From: Phycisphaeraceae bacterium
GTDB lineage: Bacteria > Planctomycetota > Phycisphaerae > Phycisphaerales > Phycisphaeraceae
Assembly (NCBI GenBank): GCA_963674705.1
Contig: OY771506.1
Location: 608,001 to 672,000, forward strand
DNA: 64,000 nt
Direction of reading: 5' to 3'
In this document: piece after piece, positions 10,127-20,120 of the stretch
How the letters are laid out: the number at the start of each line of letters is the position of its first letter
Numbering within the stretch: the first letter of the stretch is position 1
The notes under the pieces: model-generated
The model's database searches: none
What the model was told of the DNA's origin: nothing
What the model saw: only the letters and a program-made list of their open reading frames with translations
Position numbers and translations under genes: made by a program

Positions 10127-11443
10127 TCACACCGACATCAATACTGGTGTGGTCAGCATGGTATACGGGCCTTCGGGGATTACGGCGATGCGTCTATCAG
10201 GATTGTCTTTGATGAATTGATCGATGTACTGCTGCGCGCGGGTTTGTGCGTCGCCTTTACCCGGCGCGGGGGTGACAGCGACTTTATGTTGCGTTTCGAT
10301 AGGCAACCCGTCATTTGCGAAGAGGCTGCGTTCGATGCCGAGTTTTTGCAGGACGCGCGTCTGCATCTGGTAGCCCCACTGGTCTTTCTCTGTTGTTGCG
10401 CTTTGTTTGATGTGTTCGAGAAATGCTTGCCAGTCCGGGCCGAAGCGGTCGTAGATCGCGACGTATTCCGGGTCGCCGATGCGTTGACAATCCGCGACGG
10501 TCAGTAATATGCCGTCTTCTTTTACTGCGGGCAGCGCGCAGCACATGCCTTTGACGGTTTGATAGAAGCTTGTATCCAAGGGGAATCCGCCGCCGCAGGT
10601 GACGACAAGATCGAACGGTTCATCGAAGTCGGCGGACGCCCAGCGTGCAGAGTTTTTGCATCCTGCGATGAACGCTTGATCCAGATCACCCGCGTAAACG
10701 CCTGCAAGTTTTCGGTCGTGCGTGACAGCAACGTTAAGCAGGAAGTCGACGCCGACCTTGTGAGCCGCCATGTCTGCGATTTCGTGGCACGGGTTGCCGA
10801 CGAGTCTGCCTTCGACGGAGTTGGGGTCAGCCATGGTTGCGTAGCCGTGGAAGCGTTGCACGGTGGCAAGGTCGACGATGCCGGGGCAGATGCCTTTGCG
10901 TCCGCCGGAGAAACCTGCCATGAAGTGCGGCTCGATCAAACCCGTCACGATCTTGAGGTCTGCTTCGGCGTAGAGCTTGTTGATCGAGATCGGCGGATCA
11001 TCGGTGATGCGGATGTGCGTTTCGTGTTTGCGTGATTCGTGATCGACGACGTTGACTCGTTTCTGCAGTTCTTTGCCGATCAGGATGTCGAGTTCTTCCT
11101 GGGATGATGGCAGGTGCATGCCGGTCGCGATGAGTACTGTGCAGGCGGAATCGGGGATGCCGACAGCGTTAAGCTGCTCGAGGATCGCGGTAATGAGCAG
11201 TTCGTTTGGCACGGGGCGAGTGATATCACTGATCGTGATGACAACGGTTTTAGGCTTTTTTTCCGCGGCGATTTCGTGCAACGGTTTGCAGCCGATCGGG
11301 TTTTTTAAACCCTCGCGCACCGCGGCTTGCGGGTCGGGCAGTGCGGGGATGTGCGGGCCGATCAGGACGGTTGCGGATTCGGGGAAGCTGAGCTGCATGC
11401 GTCCTTTGCCGAAGCGCAACGATTGTGTGTTCTTGGTTTGCAT
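10127..11443 (-). CDS. larA: Nickel-pincer lactate racemase LarA family protein
   Basis: SDITRPVP, ATGMH, EPHFMAGFSGGRKGICPG and YQTVKG; substrate not certain; start could be 11476. Confidence 0.8.
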   Translation of the reverse strand: MQTKNTQSLRFGKGRMQLSFPESATVLIGPHIPALPDPQAAVREGLKNPIGCKPLHEIAAEKKPKTVVITISDITRPVPNELLITAILEQLNAVGIPDSACTVLIATGMHLPSSQEELDILIGKELQKRVNVVDHESRKHETHIRITDDPPISINKLYAEADLKIVTGLIEPHFMAGFSGGRKGICPGIVDLATVQRFHGYATMADPNSVEGRLVGNPCHEIADMAAHKVGVDFLLNVAVTHDRKLAGVYAGDLDQAFIAGCKNSARWASADFDEPFDLVVTCGGGFPLDTSFYQTVKGMCCALPAVKEDGILLTVADCQRIGDPEYVAIYDRFGPDWQAFLEHIKQSATTEKDQWGYQMQTRVLQKLGIERSLFANDGLPIETQHKVAVTPAPGKGDAQTRAQQYIDQFIKDNPDRRIAVIPEGPYTMLTTPVLMSV

Positions 11444-11679
11444 GAGGATGTCTCTGATATTTTGTGCTTTGTGCATTTTACGCGAATTTACCTGGGGCTA
11501 TGAAGTTGATATGGCTGGGAAGTGTATGAAGCAAACGGCCCTCTCCCTTGCCCTCTCCCAAGCGGAGAGGTGATAAGAACACGTGCTTCTCATAGACTAA
11601 TCACCGATGGTCGGTTGAAATGACAACGTGCCGGGGTGTCCGGCACGTTGAGAGGGTATACAAGTTGTCGAGCAGTCGA

Positions 11680-12438
11680 TCAGCGTTTGCGGCGTGAGAG
11701 CACCGGCAGGCCGAGCGCCGCGAGGAGCATCGCGGAAGCGGGTTCGGGGAAGATGGTGACGGTGAGGCCTTGCAGGTCTTTCTTCTGGATTTCCGCGGAA
11801 GAGCCTGCTTCGCTGGTGGTTGCGAGGATGTTGTTGAGGATGACCTTGACTTCGGTCGCGCCGTAGGTGTAGTTGACGCCGGCGTCGATCAAGAGTTGTT
11901 CGACATCAATGTCGAGCACGCCGGTCCAGATCACACCGAAGCCTGCGCCGTCGTCGGCGAGGTTGTAGTCACCAGCCGAGGGGGTGAAGACGAGGTTGCC
12001 GTTGTAATTGATTGGCGAGATGCTGACGCCGTCAACTTCAACGATATTGATGAAGACCGGTGCGGCCACGGTTGCGGATGTTCCGACACCACCAGAACCA
12101 AAGATCGTGTAGTCGCCGGCTTCACTGAGCACGATCTGGTCAATGAAGTTTCCGGACGTAGCTTCGGCGGTGAAGTTGAGTACGCCGATGGTGCTGTCGA
12201 TTGCTCCGCCGCTGGAACTTGAGACGAAGTTGGTGGGGTTAAAGTCCAGCGCATCACCGGCGACCGTGGGAGCACCGAATAACGGCGTCGCGTCGGTGGC
12301 GGAGTCTTCGGTGACAGACAGGTAGTTCACTGTTGTACCGGAAAAGTTGCCGTAGTTAATCGGCACCGCCTGCGCAGTTGCTGCAAGCAGACCCATTCCC
12401 AGAAAAGTTGCTGCCCTACTGATCGAATATGACTTCAT
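11680..12438 (-). CDS. Secreted PEP-CTERM protein (paralog 1)
   Basis: Signal peptide ending AQA; C-terminal FPEPASAMLLAALGLPVLSRRKR. Confidence 0.88.
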   Translation of the reverse strand: MKSYSISRAATFLGMGLLAATAQAVPINYGNFSGTTVNYLSVTEDSATDATPLFGAPTVAGDALDFNPTNFVSSSSGGAIDSTIGVLNFTAEATSGNFIDQIVLSEAGDYTIFGSGGVGTSATVAAPVFINIVEVDGVSISPINYNGNLVFTPSAGDYNLADDGAGFGVIWTGVLDIDVEQLLIDAGVNYTYGATEVKVILNNILATTSEAGSSAEIQKKDLQGLTVTIFPEPASAMLLAALGLPVLSRRKR

Positions 12439-12911
12439 ATCACCCGCTCCTAAAGGTTAATGCCCGATGGCTATAAAGTGATTTACTTCAGGTAGGATAC
12501 AGAGTCGCAGAGGAACTTCAAGGGAAAAATGCCTGACGATCGGGAATGGCCCCGACTTTCAACCCCCCTCATTGAACCGGGCCATACACATACAAAGCCC
12601 TATGCAGTAACGCATTAGGCGCAAACTTTTTTGAAAAATCCTATCCCCGCCGGGCGTATTAATGCGTTTCTTACAAGACAACCACAGCCATAAAATCCGA
12701 GCCGAGACTGCGTAGCCCCCGGTTCAGACCGGTTAGGACCGGATGGTCCAGCGGTGGGGAGGGGCTATCAGACATTGCTGTCGTTATTGAAAGGTGTCTG
12801 TGGTTGCAGGTGCTGCAAAGCAACTGGCCCACAGTTCGGGATGTATATGTAAAGACAGTGCCGGTGTTAGCCGGCACTGTCTGTTACTTTTGTAGAGCGG
12901 GTAGCTGCGTT

Positions 12912-13673
12912 TTACTTCTTGCGGCGAGTTAAAATCGGCAGACCGATAGCTGTCAGGAGCACCAGCGAAGCGGGTTCGGGCACGACGGTCACGCCGAAGC
13001 CCTGGATATCCTTCTTCTGGATCTCAGCGAATGAGCCGGCTTCACTGGTCGTCGTGAGTGTATTGCTCAGTGAGACCATGACCTTGGTCGCACCGCCGGT
13101 GTAGGGGACAGCGGCGTTGGTCAGGAGCTGGGCGACGTCGACATCCAGGACACCGCTCCAGATCACGCCGAAGCCCGCGCCGTCGTTGGCCAGGTCGTAA
13201 TCGCCAGCCGATGGTGAGAAGACCATATTGGCGACGAAGTTAACCGGGACGATCGCAACGCCGTCGACCTCGAGGACGTCGATGTTGACCGGCGCGGTTA
13301 CGCTGGCGAGGGTCCCGACGCCCCCGGTGCCGAAGATGGTGTAGTCGCCGGCCTCGTAGAAGAGCACTTCATCCACGAAGTTACCGGGCAATGCTTCGAT
13401 GTAAAAATCGAGCACGGCGGTGGTGGTGTCGGACGCTCCTGCGCTTGAGCTGGAAACGAAGTTGGTCGGGTTGAAGTCCAATGCGTCACCCGCGACGGTC
13501 GGCACTCCGAACAGGGGAACCGGATCGGTCGTTGAATCTTCCGTGACTTGCATGAACTGGACGGTTGTACCGACGAAGTCCCCGTAGTTGATGGGAACCG
13601 CCTGTGCAGTGACTGATGTTAACAGTCCCACTGCGGTGCAGACCGTTACCCCAAAGATCGAATGTGTCTTCAT
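12912..13673 (-). CDS. Secreted PEP-CTERM protein (paralog 2)
   Basis: C-terminal VPEPASLVLL...RRKK; colinear with and highly similar to 11680-12438. Confidence 0.88.
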   Translation of the reverse strand: MKTHSIFGVTVCTAVGLLTSVTAQAVPINYGDFVGTTVQFMQVTEDSTTDPVPLFGVPTVAGDALDFNPTNFVSSSSAGASDTTTAVLDFYIEALPGNFVDEVLFYEAGDYTIFGTGGVGTLASVTAPVNIDVLEVDGVAIVPVNFVANMVFSPSAGDYDLANDGAGFGVIWSGVLDVDVAQLLTNAAVPYTGGATKVMVSLSNTLTTTSEAGSFAEIQKKDIQGFGVTVVPEPASLVLLTAIGLPILTRRKK

Positions 13674-13943
13674 ATTCTCCCGCTCCTGATTGTGTGCCCC
13701 GAGGATCGTTAAACAAATTACTTATCGCAGGATACCGGTTTGCTGGATAACTTCAAGGGTAATTTTAGTTCTGTCATCAGGATTGCGCATCTTCGGTCCG
13801 GGTCGGCTGGGCGATATAACAGGCCGATTCCCGGTCGCAAGTAGGGTATATACGGTACTTTGCATAAAGCAATCCGATATAAATCCAGTGATAAAGAGGG
13901 TTTTAAATAATATTGTTTTCGCACGCGGAGACTGCAAATTACT

Positions 13944-14138
13944 TCAAGCTCTTGTGTGGCTGTTCATCAGTTGATCCAGCGCGCGGACGTGCTGTGGGCC
14001 GTAGCGGCGGTGGCCGCCGACCGTGCGGTGCGACGGCGGGATCAGGCCGAGGCGTTCCCAGACGCGCAGCGACTCGGGCGATACGCCGAAGCGGTCAGCG
14101 AGTTTTCCGATGCTCATCATGTGAAGTTCACGTTCCAT
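13944..14138 (-). CDS. Small MerR-type helix-turn-helix protein
   Basis: MSIGKLADRFGVSPESLRVWERLGLIPPSHRTVGGHRRY is a MerR HTH signature; no effector domain. Confidence 0.8.
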   Translation of the reverse strand: MERELHMMSIGKLADRFGVSPESLRVWERLGLIPPSHRTVGGHRRYGPQHVRALDQLMNSHTRA

Positions 14139-14191
14139 GTCATGTCCCCCTGCATCCTTCTATATCGATCACAATTCCGATCGCCTTATAG

Positions 14192-14392
14192 GCTTGAGGG
14201 GTGAGGCTTGAGGTTGGAAGTTTGAATGATGAAGTATTAGAGGTTGTGATTGATCACGTAATCAATCCGGCCCTCCCCCTTGCCCTCTCCCGGGGGGAGA
14301 GGGGATATAGTTTGCTTTGTCATTCTTCATTCAAGTGAAACTGCAAATTCATACTTCCTATCTCAAGCCTCACTCCTCAAGTCTCAAGCCTT
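14192..14392. repeat. Inverted heptamer arrays (CTCAAGY / RCTTGAG), here enclosing a family A palindrome
   Basis: ggcttgagg/ggcttgag arm paired with a ctcaagcc/ctcaagtctcaagcc arm; similar at 14714-14800, 16270-16293 and 24557-24580. Confidence 0.7.
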
Positions 14393-14406
14393 CCTCGCAA
14401 CAACAA

Positions 14407-14488
14407 TGAGGTGGGACGGAGTTGAACCGCCAGGGTCTTTCGACGGCTGGGTTACAGCCAGCGGGGCCTGCCAATGCCCAACCACCTC
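14407..14488 (-). tRNA. trnY: tRNA-Tyr(GTA)
   Basis: Cloverleaf; anticodon arm GCTGG-CTGTAAC-CCAGC; long variable arm; no CCA. Confidence 0.9.
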
Positions 14489-14616
14489 GGATGAGCCGTT
14501 AGCCGTTAGGCTTTGGCCATGAGCACGGAGTTGTTCCGCCTTTGGCGGATGGGGGCAGCAAGCTGCCCCGCTTAACGGCAAGCCTTTTTGCGCTAACAGA
14601 TGGTGGCTTCATAAAG

Positions 14617-14701
14617 CGGAAGGCGGTGGGCACGATCCACAAACTCAAACGAGTCCCGACCGGTTAGCAACCGGTGCCCGTCCCCGACGGGTTCACCTTC
14701 C
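14617..14701 (-). tRNA. trnS: tRNA-Ser(GCT), atypical T-loop
   Basis: ACCGG-TTGCTAA-CCGGT; long variable arm; T-loop reads ATCGTGC rather than TTCRANY. Confidence 0.8.
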
Positions 14702-14805
14702 TGGTGTATGTAGGCTTGAGGCGTGAGTCTTGAGGCTTGATTAAGCATGCAAAACGTAAGCATTGCGATACTCAAGCCTCATCCCTCAAGTCTCAAGCCT
14801 TCCAA

Positions 14806-14876
14806 AGGCCGGGGCGGGAATCGAACCCGCTTGGACGGGGTTGCAGCCCGTCGCCTTGCCATTCGGCCACCCGGTC
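14806..14876 (-). tRNA. trnC: tRNA-Cys(GCA)
   Basis: ACGGG-CTGCAAC-CCCGT; U73; A2-C71 mismatch. Confidence 0.88.
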
Positions 14877-14931
14877 TTGTGAAGAGTGGATGGATGTGAA
14901 TTGAAGCAATAAAAACCGTTAAAATCCACAT

Positions 14932-15822
14932 ATGGACTTTCTATTCTGCTGTTATCCAAATCGCATTCGTGAAGTTGATCCGGATTATCAGGCCGAGGCT
15001 GATTGCGTAAGACAACTCAGTTCATCTGTGAGTTTGTTGGATCATGACGCTCTGCTTGAGGGAAGTGTCTCCAAATCAATCCGAGGCGTTGAATCCCGTA
15101 CAGATCAGAAACAGCTGTGCTATCGGGGGTGGATGATCCCACCGCCGTTGTATAAACAGCTATACGAGGGTCTACTTGAAAAGAACCTAGTGCTAATCAA
15201 TTCACCCCAGCAGTATCAACATTGCCATTACCTGCCGGATTCATATGAATCTATCAAAGGCAAGACGCCTGAGACTGTGTGGATCCCGGGACGACCTCCG
15301 TTTGATCCAGCACAGATCATGGCGGCAATCAAACTGTTTGGTGGCAAACCGTTGGTCCTGAAAGATTATGTGAAGTCGCAGAAGCACTATTGGAAGGAAG
15401 CCTGCTACATACCTGACTCAAACAAGCAAGATGAAGTCATGTCCCGGGTTAACAGGTTCATCGAGCTACAGTGTGATGACATCGAGGGTGGATTGGTGTT
15501 TCGCGCGTATGTGCCGATCAAGATCATTGGGCGACATGCGGTTAGTGGTATGCCGTTAAGTCATGAATATCGTGTTGTGTGGTTTGAACAGAATCCGGTT
15601 GTGGTTTGGCCTTATTGGGATGCTGCTGATCCGAGGGAATGTGATCCGCCTTTGGATGCATTTCGCGAAGTCGCGAACCAGATCAACAGTCGGTTTTTCA
15701 CGATGGATATTGCTGAGCTTGACGACAGCAGTTGGATCATTGTTGAGCTAGGCGATGCGCAGGTCGCAGGATTACCGGAGAATGCTGATCCGGTGACTCT
15801 GTATAAACCGTTAATTGATTGA
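14932..15822 (+). CDS. ATP-grasp domain protein (R2K-clade-like)
   Basis: YRGWM, CHYLPDSY, VLKDYVKSQKH, GGLVFR, EYRV and FFTMDIA..W.IVELGDAQVAG. Confidence 0.8.
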   Translation: MDFLFCCYPNRIREVDPDYQAEADCVRQLSSSVSLLDHDALLEGSVSKSIRGVESRTDQKQLCYRGWMIPPPLYKQLYEGLLEKNLVLINSPQQYQHCHYLPDSYESIKGKTPETVWIPGRPPFDPAQIMAAIKLFGGKPLVLKDYVKSQKHYWKEACYIPDSNKQDEVMSRVNRFIELQCDDIEGGLVFRAYVPIKIIGRHAVSGMPLSHEYRVVWFEQNPVVVWPYWDAADPRECDPPLDAFREVANQINSRFFTMDIAELDDSSWIIVELGDAQVAGLPENADPVTLYKPLID

Positions 15823-15850
15823 CTTGGCATATCAGAATGCAATTCAAAAA

Positions 15851-15922
15851 TGCGGCCGACAGGGATCGAACCTGCTCCTCCGCCGTGGCGGGGCGGCGCT
15901 CGGCCAATTGAGCTTCGACCGC
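15851..15922 (-). tRNA. trnG: tRNA-Gly(GCC), atypical (A8, C33, A73)
   Basis: CCGCC-CCGCCAC-GGCGG; standard D and T arms. Confidence 0.85.
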
Positions 15923-15956
15923 GTGGTGGGTAGTTCGTTGTGATATCGATTAGAAG

Positions 15957-16029
15957 CACGCACGGTAGGGGTTGAACCCACATCTGGTGGATTTGGAATC
16001 CACTGCTCTGCCGATTGAGCTACGTGCGT
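15957..16029 (-). tRNA. trnW: tRNA-Trp(CCA)
   Basis: GTGGA-TTCCAAA-TCCAC; G73. Confidence 0.92.
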
Positions 16030-16179
16030 GTGGGGAGAGCTGTTAGCTGTTAGCTGTTAGCCGTCAGTAAGAAGTATTCCGCCTGCGGCGGATGGGGGTA
16101 GCAAGCTGCCCCGCTAAACGGGGAGAACGCGAAACGCGAAACGGCTTGAGCTAATGGCTAAGGGCTAACGGCTCATAAA

Positions 16180-16251
16180 CTGCACCGGCAGGAATCGAAC
16201 CCGCAACCGTCTGCTTAACAGGCAGCCGCACTACCTTTGTGCTACGGTGCA
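16180..16251 (-). tRNA. trnN: tRNA-Asn(GTT)
   Basis: CTGC-CTGTTAA-GCAG; U1-A72; G73. Confidence 0.9.
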
Positions 16252-16302
16252 ATGTGTGTGATTGACTAAAGCCTCACCGCTCAAGTCTCAAGACTTTTCA
16301 AA

Positions 16303-16375
16303 TCACCCCGGCTGGGGTCGAACCAGCACGCTGCCGTTTAGAAGACGGCCGCTCTTCCGTTTGAGCTACGGGGCG
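16303..16375 (-). tRNA. trnR: tRNA-Arg(TCT)
   Basis: GCCGT-CTTCTAA-ACGGC; GGAA D-loop (A20). Confidence 0.9.
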
Positions 16376-16432
16376 ATGCTCGACTTATTCGATCGTTATT
16401 GACAGCGTGATGCGATACCTGACAATGCGGGT

Positions 16433-17470
16433 ATGTATGAAAATCAAACCAACAGTGACGGTGATAAAGGACCGGGGGCTGAGGCTGTCGCTCGTGTGGT
16501 TGACGCGGCGAATCAGCATCCCGATGAAGGGCCAACGGAAGAACTGATCACTGCGATCAATGAATTGGTTGCACAGGACAAGCATCTTGATGCGAACACG
16601 TATCGAGCCTTGTCGGAGAGCATCAAGCAGATACGGTCGCCGATGAGTGCGGGATTCGTCGCTGTCTGGTTAGGTGCGACGGTTGAAAATGGTGCGGACC
16701 CGCATGTGCCGTTGCCGCATGTTCTTGAATACCTGTACAACCTGATCGCCACGATCCAAACGCCGAAGGACGATGAGCCGGATGATGCGGTCCCCGAACC
16801 GGGCGAACTTGTGCAGCAAGCATTGGATCACCTGGGGCAGGCGCTGGTCGCGATGTTGATACGTTGTCCCGATGCGATCAGGGAACTCATCCGGCGCGAG
16901 CAGGCTGTATCCGAGCTTGAGCGCGTGGAGCATCTGGCGAGTGGACCCAAGTGGATATTAGCGTTACTTAGACAACGCAGCGGTGAGTTGCTTGTATTGC
17001 ACGGCGTTGAAGGGGTCGGCGTTCGTGTGAAGTATGAGAATATCGAAAACTGTTTTCACCTGTTCACGCTCCTTCAGGGTTTACTCCAGCGTGTGATGCC
17101 CGGCGCGAAGACGCAAAGCACGACGATGTACAAGATCGCGCGGGGTGAACTGGTCGGGCAGGTGCATGACTCGGCGTGGTGGCATTACGGCCGGGCCGGG
17201 GTGCCGAAGGCGGACTTTGTCGGGATGGTCTTTGGCGAGCCGACGCTAGATTCGATCGATGAGGTTGACGGACAACAGGTGTTGCTGCTCTGGCCGCCGA
17301 TCATCGCGGATCGTTCGTGGAACTCTGGCTTTTTCCAGCCGATCATCGATGCCAGGAAGCCGAACGTTGAGTTGCTGGAGAAGCTGTCGCCTGACGAGGT
17401 TAAACGCTGGCGCGAACGGTTGGGTTTGCCTGCGGCAAAGGCGCGGCCGTGGTGGCGTTTCTGGTCTTGA
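16433..17470 (+). CDS. Hypothetical protein ending in a RPWWRFWS motif
   Basis: 345-aa ORF filling the space between two tRNAs on the opposite strand. Confidence 0.75.
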   Translation: MYENQTNSDGDKGPGAEAVARVVDAANQHPDEGPTEELITAINELVAQDKHLDANTYRALSESIKQIRSPMSAGFVAVWLGATVENGADPHVPLPHVLEYLYNLIATIQTPKDDEPDDAVPEPGELVQQALDHLGQALVAMLIRCPDAIRELIRREQAVSELERVEHLASGPKWILALLRQRSGELLVLHGVEGVGVRVKYENIENCFHLFTLLQGLLQRVMPGAKTQSTTMYKIARGELVGQVHDSAWWHYGRAGVPKADFVGMVFGEPTLDSIDEVDGQQVLLLWPPIIADRSWNSGFFQPIIDARKPNVELLEKLSPDEVKRWRERLGLPAAKARPWWRFWS

Positions 17471-17483
17471 CCGTGAGTATGAA

Positions 17484-17555
17484 AGCCGGCGGCCGGGATC
17501 GAACCGGCGCCTCCGTGGTACGAGCACGGTGTTCTGCCTGTTGAACCACACCGGC
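17484..17555 (-). tRNA. trnT: tRNA-Thr(CGT)
   Basis: CCGTG-CTCGTAC-CACGG; G1-C72, C2-G71. Confidence 0.9.
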
Positions 17556-17632
17556 GATAAAACCCTCGGCCCGAAGACCGAGGGCTGCAGAGAAAAAACG
17601 CGAAACATTCGCATGCAGACACCATTAAGAAG

Positions 17633-17705
17633 TGGCCCCGGTGGGACTCGAACCCACACCCAGCGGATTAAAAGTCCGCTGCTCTGCCGATCGAGCTACA
17701 GGGCC
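17633..17705 (-). tRNA. trnK: tRNA-Lys(TTT)
   Basis: GCGGA-CTTTTAA-TCCGC; A73. Confidence 0.92.
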
Positions 17706-17869
17706 TTGTCGTGTTGTTTTAAAATGGGAGAGCGAGCAGGCTGGCAGCCTGCGGCTAATGGGTGAGTGCGTTGGGATGAAGTTGTTGAAAACAAGATAGC
17801 CAGTTGATCTACGATGTTTCGCGGCGGGCTTTGTTACCCTACACCCCACACCCTAAACCCTATCCACAA

Positions 17870-17943
17870 TGCGCCGTGTCGGCCTCGAACCGACCACCTG
17901 CTGGTTGGAAGCCAGCCGCTCTGCCGAGATGAGCTAACGACGC
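17870..17943 (-). tRNA. trnG: tRNA-Gly(TCC), A73
   Basis: GCTGG-CTTCCAA-CCAGC; GCG acceptor start. Confidence 0.9.
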
Positions 17944-18024
17944 CAGGTATGTTTCATTTCTGCATGCTCTGTGTGGCGCAGTCGCAATACGGCCACGGCC
18001 GATCATCTATAATGGGCGGCACCG

Positions 18025-19896
18025 ATGGGACAGCTTGCCGAGAATACGGTGTTGCGATCACAACGTGTTTACAAAACCCGTTGGATCTCGGGTTTTGTCC
18101 TGATCTCTGGTGTCACGATGGCTGGCGCCTGTCTGTTCATCATTCTCGCGACATTGCTTGCGGGCAAATCCAGCCCGATCATGCAAGTGATTGTCACAGT
18201 CTGGCTGGGGATCACGGCAGCTTTCTTTCTCTGGTATCCACTTCACATGTTCAGCCGATCGCTGACGCGATATATCTTCACACCTGAAGCGTTAATTGAA
18301 CGTTCGCTGTTCCGCAAGCAGGTCATGCCCTGGCGTGACGTGACGGATTATTCCGTGGTGGCTGGTGACGCGGGGGAGCCGTTGTCACACATCATCTTTC
18401 ATCTGGTCGACGGCCAGACCAAACAACTGCCGTTGGACCTGATCCCCGAAGGCCGGGTGGAGACGTTACTTTCGGCATATGTGCCGTTGATCGCGGAGCA
18501 TGGGTTGGAGCGACCGAGGCAAGCCGGATCGTCAAAAAGCGAACTGCGTAAAAGCACACGGAAGGAAGCCATCTCCGATTGGGCTACTCTTTGTTTCAAC
18601 ATTTTGTTTGGTGGGATTTGTATCACAGTATCTGTCTTTCTCATGCTTGGTCGCATGGAGTATCAACTAATCATCAGCGATCCGGTGGAAGTGACCGCGA
18701 CGGTTATTGAACTGGATGTTGATGAAGAGGATGCATCGTTAACATTTGAATTCACTGACGATCAAGGCCATGTTGTCCGATCTAGCCGGTCGGTCGAGGT
18801 GAGCACAGCTAAAACATTGGCTGTAGGCAGCGAAGTAACCGTCAAGCACCTGCGTGGTTCACCTACAAAAGTCCGATTGAAGAAGGGCGATCTGGATCAC
18901 CAAGAGTGGCTGTACGTATTCGTCAGCTTCCCGCTGGGGTGGTTGTGTATTTGGGGGTGTTTCCGGCTGCTCAGGTCGATTTTTGGGCCTAAGACAAAAT
19001 CGGCGTCATGGTCGGTCCAGTCTAATTATGACGAGGCGATTATCTCGTACAGCCCGGCATATATGGAAACCAGTGTTGCTATGATCCCCGAGCAACATGT
19101 CGGTGCGGCGGTTTTTCTTCGTCTGAACAGCAAGGAAAACAGCAATCAATTCGTGGATCAGATGTCCACTTTTTCACCAAGCTCGCATGAATTGAACGGG
19201 AACAATATCCAGTGTGAAAACATTGCCGGGATTTTCCTGTGTATGGGGCCCGTGGCGATGTCTCGTTTTGTATCCCGCTTGGGCGAGCCGGCCAAGACCC
19301 GTGCTGAATATGTCGTGCTCGACATGGCGGACAGTGTGGAAGTAAGCCGGTGGGCGGTACGGAATGATCCGAGGCATCGCGACATGGATGAATTATTCAG
19401 CGATGAAGTCGTTCGGTTCTGTTGCCGAAATAACACGGTTGGGCCGGTGCAGCCGGGTGAACTGACATACGTGTTTGATCGATTCATCATGCAAATGATC
19501 AAAGCCCTGTGTGAAGATCAGACGCCCGCGGGGCTATACGACGTCAGTATCTGTCAAATCCTGAATCTCTCACCCAAAGACCTTGATGCCAGGATCATGC
19601 TGTCGCTGCAGATGAACCGGTTGCGGATTTTTGTGCAGCTGCGCGGCGTCAATCAAGCTTCGGTGGCTGAGTATCAATTTGGACAGTGGCGGCGCACCCC
19701 GGAAATGCCCGTGCCATTAAGCATGCGCAACTTCAAGTGGTTGAAGTATGTGTTAGCGCTGCCGTATGGTCCGTGGCTGATATTGCCGGTGTTACCGTAT
19801 CTCATCTACTGGGCGATGGAATTGCCATGCAAATGGTATCGGCACTTTCAATTGAATAAAGCGCGGGCCGCGTTGTTGCAATCTTCCTCGATCTGA
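18025..19896 (+). CDS. Multi-pass membrane protein (bacterial PH-like plus DUF3592-like segments)
   Basis: 623-aa ORF with several hydrophobic helices; VTATVIEL...FEFTDDQG...VGSEVTVKHL resembles DUF3592. Confidence 0.7.
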   Translation: MGQLAENTVLRSQRVYKTRWISGFVLISGVTMAGACLFIILATLLAGKSSPIMQVIVTVWLGITAAFFLWYPLHMFSRSLTRYIFTPEALIERSLFRKQVMPWRDVTDYSVVAGDAGEPLSHIIFHLVDGQTKQLPLDLIPEGRVETLLSAYVPLIAEHGLERPRQAGSSKSELRKSTRKEAISDWATLCFNILFGGICITVSVFLMLGRMEYQLIISDPVEVTATVIELDVDEEDASLTFEFTDDQGHVVRSSRSVEVSTAKTLAVGSEVTVKHLRGSPTKVRLKKGDLDHQEWLYVFVSFPLGWLCIWGCFRLLRSIFGPKTKSASWSVQSNYDEAIISYSPAYMETSVAMIPEQHVGAAVFLRLNSKENSNQFVDQMSTFSPSSHELNGNNIQCENIAGIFLCMGPVAMSRFVSRLGEPAKTRAEYVVLDMADSVEVSRWAVRNDPRHRDMDELFSDEVVRFCCRNNTVGPVQPGELTYVFDRFIMQMIKALCEDQTPAGLYDVSICQILNLSPKDLDARIMLSLQMNRLRIFVQLRGVNQASVAEYQFGQWRRTPEMPVPLSMRNFKWLKYVLALPYGPWLILPVLPYLIYWAMELPCKWYRHFQLNKARAALLQSSSI

Positions 19897-19915
19897 GCCC
19901 GACTCACAAAATCAA

Positions 19916-19990
19916 TCAGCCCGGCTGGATTCGAACCAGCGATCTCTCCCGCCCGAAGGGAGCGTGATGACCAAGCTTCACCACAGGCTG
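19916..19990 (-). tRNA. trnP: tRNA-Pro(CGG)
   Basis: CTCCC-TTCGGGC-GGGAG; C1-G72, A73. Confidence 0.9.
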
Positions 19991-20120
19991 TTAAGCACAA
20001 TGCATAGTTGATTGAGTGTTCAATCAAATATAGTTCACACGAGATTGCTGGCCCTCACCCCGGCCCTCTCCCAAGGGGAGAGGGAGTAAAACACTAAGCC
20101 GCAAGCGGCTTTTGGGTGAA

